Origin: Candidatus Omnitrophota bacterium | GTDB lineage: Bacteria > Omnitrophota > Gorgyraeia > Gygaellales > Profunditerraquicolaceae | Length of the DNA stretch: 64,000 bases | Assembly: GCA_003598025.1 (NCBI GenBank) | Contig: QZKH01000003.1 | Coordinates: 503,221-567,220, forward strand | Reading direction: 5' to 3' | Translations under genes and position numbers: made by a program | Notes under the pieces: generated by a model | Database searches by the model: none | The model's input: the letters and a program-made list of their open reading frames with translations, nothing else | Told to the model about the DNA's origin: nothing | In this document: positions 39,101-48,100 of the stretch, piece after piece | Numbering within the stretch: the stretch's first letter is position 1 | Layout of the letters: each line of letters starts with the position of its first letter

Positions 39101-42100
39101 TCATCAGCCGTTCTCTCAGAAAGCCTCAGTTCAAACTGGATGTCTTTTGCCTCGCGGATAACCTGCTGCTTGTTTGCCTGGAACGAAGTGCAGCGGTTAA
39201 ACTGCCAGCGGATATCTTCAATCTCTTTTTGCAAAACCCTGTTCAAGGCATCTTTTAAGCTTGCATTCTCTTCAAGGGAAATAGTCTCCCCGCCGATATC
39301 TATGCGGAAAAATTCCTCAAGGACACTTAAGGCGCCAAGGTAGTTTTTCTCAGATAAGAGATCATTGACCTCGTCGAGTTTGGCTTTGCTTTGCAAAGAA
39401 ACATAAGATAAAAGCAGTTGATAATATGTGTATAGATCAGTCGGCGTTGCGCCTTTATACAGTTCTTTCCTTAACAGGCGCGACCTTTCCTGATGTATTC
39501 TTTCTAATAACTCATCAGCAGTGCCTATTTGTGTCCTTCTAATCCTATTTAAATACTGCCCGATAAACTCCTCGGCGCGCCTGTCTTCTTCATAACGAAT
39601 CTTCTCTTTAGGAACACTAAAAAAGTAGCTCTTGTTTTGAGGCTGATCAAAGTCATCCGTCAAGCTCAATTCTTTCGCTCTTTGCTTAAAGTTATGATAG
39701 AAGCTCTTATCCTTAAAGAAATCTATGATGGAACCATGTTTAATAAGACTAGAGTAAAGCAGGCCTAATGCTTTAACAGCCTGATTTCTTGAAATGCCTA
39801 CTTCAAAAGGAATTCTGATATCGATATTCTTTGGAACAAGCTCACTGGATTCTGCAGATATCTTGGACAAGACTTGAGCAAGTTGTGTCCTTAAATCCTC
39901 CGGTAATTTATATTCTTGAAGAACGGGTCTTGGTAAATATTCGGTTTCATAGTATGAATCGCGGTCCGGTTTATGCGGGAAGAGTTTGTAAAAAATGTAA
40001 CAAACTAATCCGATAAATCCAGCAACACCTGCTACAAATACTAAAGGCGTAAGCGGATTATAGAGCCAATCACCAGAAGAAAAATCCTGCGCCTGGGCTT
40101 TATTTGCAAAGAGAAGGCTTGAGAATATTCCTAAAGGAATAAAGGATGCTAATCTTACGCCCAAAGCAGGACTAGATCCCCTGCCGGTACCAAGACCTAA
40201 TTCAACGCCTATATGCCCAAGCTCGTCCTTCTTCTCCCTAATCTTCATTCTTAATTCGCCCAACTCATATTCTATCTTTTGGGCTTCTGCGGTTTTCTGA
40301 TCAGAAGCTTCTTTTAAAGCTAAAGCTACAGCATTTTTGCCTGAGTTGGCTGCTTCCTGGCCTCTTCTATTTAACTGAGTTAACTCTTCTCGCCTCTCTT
40401 TGGAAAGGCTGGCAAGGCGGGTTTCCTCGCTGGACATCTCGCCTAAGAGTTTTTCCAAATAATCCAAATCTTTCTGTCTCTGCTGAATTACTTGAGGAGT
40501 AGTTTTATCTAACTCAATCCTATAGCCAGAGACATCCTGGAAATCATTAGAGATAGAATTTCCATTTATTGTCTGGACAAATTCTTCGCTTACTCCTGCC
40601 TCGGAAAAGAATTCTGTCCCCCCTAATTTCTTAAGCTTAAATACCGCCGTTTCATTTTGGCCACTTTTTTCTCTCGCAGCTTTACGTAAGGCATCTTTTA
40701 TTCCCCGCTGAGCCGGATCAGAGCTTATCAGCAAATAATCAAATCCCTGCGAACCCAGATAGTTCATAAATTCACGAACAAATCTTGCTGCAAATTCTTT
40801 TCTTATCTCTTCTTTCCCTTCTCCATTTGTCACTAAAAGGTGGCTTTCGTTAAGTTGAAACATATCTAAGAAGAGATAGAATTTACCGTTTTTGTCTTTA
40901 AACGCGAAAGTATAAATATTACCTACCCATCTATTCTCTTCAATCACTTTAAAAAGAAAACAAGCGGGATCCATAACAAAAGCTTGGGTGTCCAAGAAAT
41001 GCGGATAGTCACCATCGGTATTTTTTGTGCAATCTTGGCTCACAAATCCTTTGAAGAAATCAGCTAAGGTCCCTCCGGATAAATGGAACTGCAATATCTG
41101 TTTTCCTTTCTCATCGAGTTTATTGTTTATCGTAGACTTCTTTTGTTCAATAAATTTTGATACAGAAGAATAAAACTTGGACTTTTCCTGTAACCATTTA
41201 TTCTTTAAAATCAGTTCGCGAACACGTTGCCAATATTGCACAACTGTCCTTAGCTTGTTAAAGTCATCGGTTGCACTGTTTATCTGCGCCCTTAACTCGG
41301 CTGTCTCAGAAAAAGCAAGGATTTCCATTATTTTTAAAGTAAATACTGCCCGCTGCTGTTCGGAAAACTGCTGCCAATTTTGCACTTTGCCTAACAGTTG
41401 TTGAGCCATCTTTGAAACTGTATCTGAAGTGACAAACTCCTCTAGAGGTCTACCCTTAATTAATTCCCTTTTTGGCTCAATAAAGTTATCATAGAGATTA
41501 GGCCATTCCATGCGTAGATATTGAATGAGCTGCCTTAACGCCTGAACGGTATCGCTTATAGGCATTACCTGCGCTTCTTCTTCCCTAGACCACTTTACTA
41601 TCTCACCTATACAGGATACCCTGAATTTCTCTCCTGGCTGATTGAACCCCGGCTTTAATCCCGTTGCCTCATCAAGAAAACGCCTATAATACGCAGGCTT
41701 TTGGCTTTCCGCGTAGCTGTAAACACCATCCCTCCCCATCTTCTCCATAGCTTTTCTTACAGGAGAAAATTCTTGGATAAAGCTTCTAATTGTATCCTCC
41801 CCGCCTACGGCCCTGATCAGCTCATCAAAACTTACAGCGTCTCTTAAACCTGCGAGGTTAGATGGCGCGCCTAATTTAACAATTTTCTGGCCAACAATAT
41901 ACTGGTAGGCTTTCTCAACGCGCTTATCTGTATCTATTGATGAATCAGTTAAAATATCCAAAAGGTCTGGTGTAATCAAAACCAGCTGACGATAAGCTTT
42001 GTAATATTGATTCAGAACCGCGGGAAGATGATTAAAGTCCCTATCCTTTCCTTTGCTCTTGTAATAATCAAATGTTGTAGCAATATCACGGCAGAAAACC

Positions 42101-45100
42101 TCTAATACCTCAGGCTTAAGTTCAGAAAGACTCCCAATCCAGAAAACAAATTCTCTTGGATTAATAGCGACATTAGCAATCTTATCTATAGTATTATTAA
42201 GCAAACTAATAGTGGCTGGCTTTGTAAAATTAGCAGTTTTATCTAAATTATCCCAAACAGCAGTTAATCTTTGCTGTTCTTCTGGATTGGTAGTAAATCT
42301 TGCAGATAGTTCACGCCTCTTTACTATGTAGTTCTTGAGTTCTTGGTATCCGGACAAAACCTGTTTTGTTCCTGCAGCCCACGTCTGTGCCTCAAAATTA
42401 ACGCACATAGTAAGCCACCATACAAAGTCATTCTTCCTGTAAGGCTGATTGGCAAGTGTGTCAATGTCCTTTAGAATTTCCAAGATTACATCTTTTATTA
42501 AGCCGGCGCAGCTCGGTCTTTTTTCTTCTAACTTTGCCTTTAAGGAATCAATAATCCTGCCAAGATCATCTTTCTCCTGCTGGTTAGTACAGAGTTTATC
42601 AAGAGCCATTTCTTTGGCTTGCTTAAAACCAGCTAAGTCATTGAAATTATTGATTACCGCTTGAGCTCCTCCACCCCAAACACTAGCATTAAGTCCTATT
42701 AATTCGGTTAACCAATAGATAAATTCTTCTTTTGACCTGCACGTTTTGGTTAATTCCGACAGAATATTCTTAAGTAAATCTGAACTATTGCTATCTTCAA
42801 GCATACCTGGAAGATGGCGAATACTTTTTTGTGAAAGTTGGTTTTTCAGATTATCGATATCTGAGAGGAATTTCTGGCGGCTTGAATCATCCTGGGTAAA
42901 CTTAGCTGCAGCATTTTCTTTTGCTTGCTTAAAGCCAGCTTGAACAATGATTACATTTAGCGCCCCTGCCGGCCCATAGCCATTAACGCCTTTCCAGAAA
43001 TTATCATCGAATGCCTTAAGGAAATTTATATATTCAAAGAATTCTGTTAGGTTACGAGAAACTTCAGTAACCTTAGGAATAATAGTCATAAGTATATAAA
43101 CATCTGCAGTAACACCTCTTCTTTTTAATTCTTGCCGCAAGCTGTCAACTGTCTGGAACAGTTGGGATGTTTCTTGGGAATTATGGCAAAACTTTCCTGA
43201 AGCTTCCTCTTTAGCACGCACATAAGCAATTAGATTCTGTAATAGCCTAAGAAATTCTCCTGAAGACCATGACTGTTTTTCAAACTGCATAACTTCATTT
43301 ATCCAGAATAAAAATTCATCTAAATTGCGTGAGGCTTTGTTAATTTCGGCTAATGCTTTTTTGAGGATGCCGGGATAATTTAATCCGTCTCTTTCCAGTT
43401 TCTGTATAAGGCCGTTTATAGCAGCTCTGGCTCTTGCAGCTGCTTCTTGGTTAGTACCGAACTTATTTAATGATTCCTCTTGAGCACAGTCAAATTCTCT
43501 TAGATCGGTAAAGACTGCTAAAACCTGCCTTTGCCCTTGGTCTAAGATATTCTTAGGCAAACTTACAACTAAAGTTAGCCAATGCCAAAACTCATCCCTA
43601 TTTCTGGATTGCTCAGTGATTTGCGGAAGGATATCTTTAATTAAACCTACAGCATTGTTTGCGCCTTTCTGGGTAAGTTTTTCTTTTTCTCTATCAATAC
43701 CGTCAAAAATAACCTTTTGCTCCTGGGCAGTGGTGGCAAATTTTGTTGCAGCAACGCGCGATACCCTTTTATATTCTCCGATATCTCCGTAAATCCGTGT
43801 CTTCTCGGACTTCCAGTTACCGAATTTGAATAGCCGGGCAATCTTTTCTTCTTGTCCTGCTTCCATCCAAGAGCGAAAGATCTTCTCCAGGTATTCCTTG
43901 GACATGCGCGCGTATACGGGGGCCACGCTGCTTATGTCTCTATCTGAGAGCTCATCCGAAAGCAAGAGATTAACTTTTTGCAGTTTTCGGTAAGTAAGAG
44001 GGAATGTTAAGAAACGGTAGACAGTTTTTACCACACTGGTAACCTTTTCGCTTACCCAAACACCTGCGACACTTAAACCAGCACCCAGAAGTGGAGCAAC
44101 TACTATTTCCCCAATCCAAACTACATATCCTAAGGTTGCTGGCTTGTCAGACGTACCTAGCTCCCAATGATGACCGTAGGGAACGTAATATAGGAATATA
44201 CCTCCTAAGATCCAAGCAACCACGGCGCCTAACCAGGCAACCGCAGTCAAATTGTCGTCATAAGAAAGCTGCCCTATCCAGCCACGTTCTTTCTCAATCT
44301 TTAAGGATTCGCTTAATGTCTTAGCATATTCTAGGTCCTGCGGTCTTTGAGATTTAGAGATGTTTCCTGTTTGCTGCAGAATTGCATTTAATTCTTCCGT
44401 AACTGAAGAGTCTGGCTTTATTTCCTGGGCACGCTGGAATGCCCTTACCGCTTCTAACAACTGTCCCTTCTTATGCAAGGATCTGCCTAAGTTAGCCAAA
44501 ACTATCTGGTCATTTGCATCAAGCTCGAGTGAACGCTTATAGCTTTCAATGGCTTTTACATCATCGCCCTTTTCAACATAAACCACACCTAAATTATTAT
44601 AGGTGGTGCTGTTATTTGGCGTTATTTCCAGGGATTTTCTGTAAGATGTTATAGCGTCATCAAAGCGCCTCTTCTTTCTTTGGCATTCAGCTAAAAGATT
44701 GTAATCAACCGCGTTCTTGGAGTTTAGTTTTATGGCCTGATTAATTAAACTTATAGCCTCATCAATATTGCCTTTCTTAAACTCTGAATTTGCTCTCCAA
44801 TACAACCTTTCATGGGAAATCCCTTTGCCAACTTTGCCGCCAAGAATTCCGCTGACAATTGAAACCGGCCAGGCGATAAGCAGGGTTGCCAGGATCGGCC
44901 AGTCTGCCTCTTTAGGATTGGTAAAGACCTCCTGAATCTTTGGGGTCAAATTAACAAAGTAGGCATAATAGCCTGCAACTAATGAACCAACGGCCGCGGT
45001 CATACCCAAGGTTTTACCGGCCGTTGTGTTAAACCATTTGTTGAGAATTTTCTTGGTAATATAAAGAGGGGGACCGAATAATACCGTAAATACTGCAACC

Positions 45101-48100
45101 ACTCCTATGGAAAGCGGATCCAAGGCGTATAAGGTTGTTCCACCGGTCTCACCTAATTCCCTGCGCAATGAGTTAATCTGTTCTTCGTATCTTGCTTTCT
45201 CCTGCTCAAGACGGCCAAGCTTTTCTTTAACTTTCCTAAGTTTTGAAGTTAAACCGTCTACTGCCGGCTGCAAGGCTTCGATAACAATCCTATCGTTCTG
45301 TCTTTTTGCCTCTTCCAGGCCCTCACTTAATTCCCTAAGATCGGTTTGAACCTTAGCAATTGTTCCTTCCTGTTCTCTGAATTTAACCAAGAATTGGTTA
45401 TAATCATCAGTCAAGGCCTTAAGCCTTGCCCTCTTGCTTTCTGCTTCTCCCATATTAGGAGCGGGCAGCGCTCTTGCTTGCGGTGCCGGAGGCAGTTCAG
45501 AGATGCTTTCTTCTTCTGTAACGACAACCTGACCCTCTATGACATCTTCCGGCAAGTTCCTGGCTAATTCTGCCTGGATTTCTCTTCTTACATCGCCTTC
45601 GGTTACTTCTATATCTTGAGAGGCTTTTTTTGCCAGATATAAAAGCACGCGCCTGGCTATTTCAGGATTTAGGTATAATGATTTGTTTAGGGCAACTTTG
45701 GAATATCCGGTCATCATCTCAGGGAATGCCGGTATCTGCGACATACGGCGTTCTATAGTATTTATCCATTCCTGTACTAAAGGATCATTCTCAATTTGAG
45801 GATTATTGGTAAGAATCCACTTTAAATAACGAGGCAATCGCCCATATCTTTCGTTTATCTCTTCGCTAACATAAAGAGTCTGTTCTTCCGTACTTGGAGC
45901 ATGAAAGCGGATCATGTGCTGAATTTGATTTTCAATAATACGCTGGAATTCTCTTTCCAGTTCTGCTATATAGCCATCCGTTAAGAGCCGGTAAAGCGCC
46001 TCATCAGAAAGTCCTTCGTATTGATCCAGCGCTTGCTCGGTAACCCTATCTCGGGCATTGTCAATAGCCCGTTCAAAATCACGCAAAACTTTTTCATCCG
46101 TGCCATCCATCATCCGCTGCATATTTTCTAATATATGGATTACCTTATCTCTATCTGAGGTATCCTGATTAAGCATGGATAGGGGCATGGGTAAAGGCAG
46201 TTCACCAGGACCCACAGGCCTAAAGCTCCTGGCTAAAGCGTCCTTTGAGCCTTGAGCAATGGAACCGCTTAACTGCTGGATGCGGTTTTCTAACTCTTGG
46301 CGCATGGTAACGGGCAAATTATGATTCGGCTGTATACCTTGAGGGTTGCTGATTATGCTTGCCACCGGCCTTGCAACTTGAGGCCTGCTGAAAGTTGTTA
46401 CTATGGTAGGCTCAATTACAACCGGAGCCACTTCCTGAACAGGAGTCTTTCCCTTCGAAGAAATCTTCTTAATGATGCGATAGGCAAAATATCCAATTGT
46501 GCCTGCTATCGCTAAGAAAATAGTCACGCCATGGGTAAATACATCGCTAAATGAGGCGAATATCTTAGAAGACGCAGAATTATCTTGGCCTAAAGCTGTT
46601 GTAGAAAAATACAAACTTAGCGTAAAAACACTTATCGCTGTTAAGAAAGGCCGTAAATTTATCTTAATCTTGGGTATCGCAAAGCGAGGGATACTAGCTT
46701 TAATTTCAGGCTTTGCTTTTATTGCAGCGGGCTTTTCTTGCGCCGCAGGCGCAGAAAAAGTTACTGTTGGCTCCTGTTTGCCTCCTGCTATTCTCTGTTC
46801 TATGAACTTTGCTTCCTTGGCTTTTGGTTTTAAAGATGCAGCAAAGCTTGCGAATTTCTCTAACAGCGTTCCGGAATTTCCGGCTGCCTTTGGCTTAATC
46901 TCTGCTCCAGTGAGCACCGCGTTAAAAGCTTCTGCAATATCGATTCCCTGGGCTAAGAATCTTAAAAACTTCCAGGAATTTTCTTTATTATTTGTTTTTA
47001 CAGACAGCCCATAGGCTACGCAGCCTATAACTTTGCCGTATTTGTAATTCTCAAGACCTGACTTGTATTCAGCCATCAAGTCAGCTATCCCCGGCGTATC
47101 CTGCGGCCTTGCGCCTGATTTTAAAGCTGCTGCCAGTTCTTCCGCTTTATCCGCGGTGTCCTTTGCGTTGGCAGCAAGGAATTGTTCAGGATTAGTTTGC
47201 AGTTCAAGTAGCCTTAGGAAACCAACTGCGCTAGCAAGATAAGCGCCTTCACCGTCATTTATATATCTGCCGTAGCTTCTAAGGTAATGAGTGGTTTCGT
47301 GTGCGATTATTTCTTTAAGATAATCATCTGAAAGATGTTCTCTTAAGGCGACAACTATCTTTTTATATTCCGGTTCAACGGAACCGCCGTGCTGATAATC
47401 CAATGTTTGAGAGTGATATAAAGATTTGCTTGAGAAATGGTTTAGAAGCTTGCCGCCCACAGCGTAAAACAATAACGGGCCAAAGGTGCCAAGCTGGATA
47501 AATACTTTCGCTACAGATGGATCGAATGCTCCGGTAAAGAAATACCATACCACCATTTCTAATAAGCAGGCAAATCCGAAGAACGCAGGGATACCTGACA
47601 AGGCAAGCAGCATATTTCTATTTGCTGTTTTGACCCAGCCGCGTATCTCTTCCTGTGTGTATTTTCTGAAAGGAATGGTATTACTGACTATCTCATCAAC
47701 CTTATGCTGCGAGATCTCCGGGACCATCCTTCTAGAAACATAGGAAACCTCTTCTTTAATCATATTCCTTTGAGCGGCACTAAACTCAAAAGATACTATT
47801 TTGTTCTCGCTTCCTTTATCAAACGAAGAGGCAGCTAAAGGCGAATAAAGATAGAGCGCTACAGCAACTATCCCTGTGGAAATATTCTTGATATTTACTA
47901 CGCTCTTTATCTTCCCTGTCATAGATAATATAAGCTGAGCAAATCTCTCAACCAAACCAGGGCCTTGCTGGATAGTCGGGGCTTGTTTTATAGGATTCTC
48001 CTGCTTTGGTATAGTGGCAGGTACTGTTTCTTCTAGCTGGACAGGTTTATTAATAGGCGAGATTTCCTCTAAGGCGAGGCTTACTGCTTTCTGATCTTCC

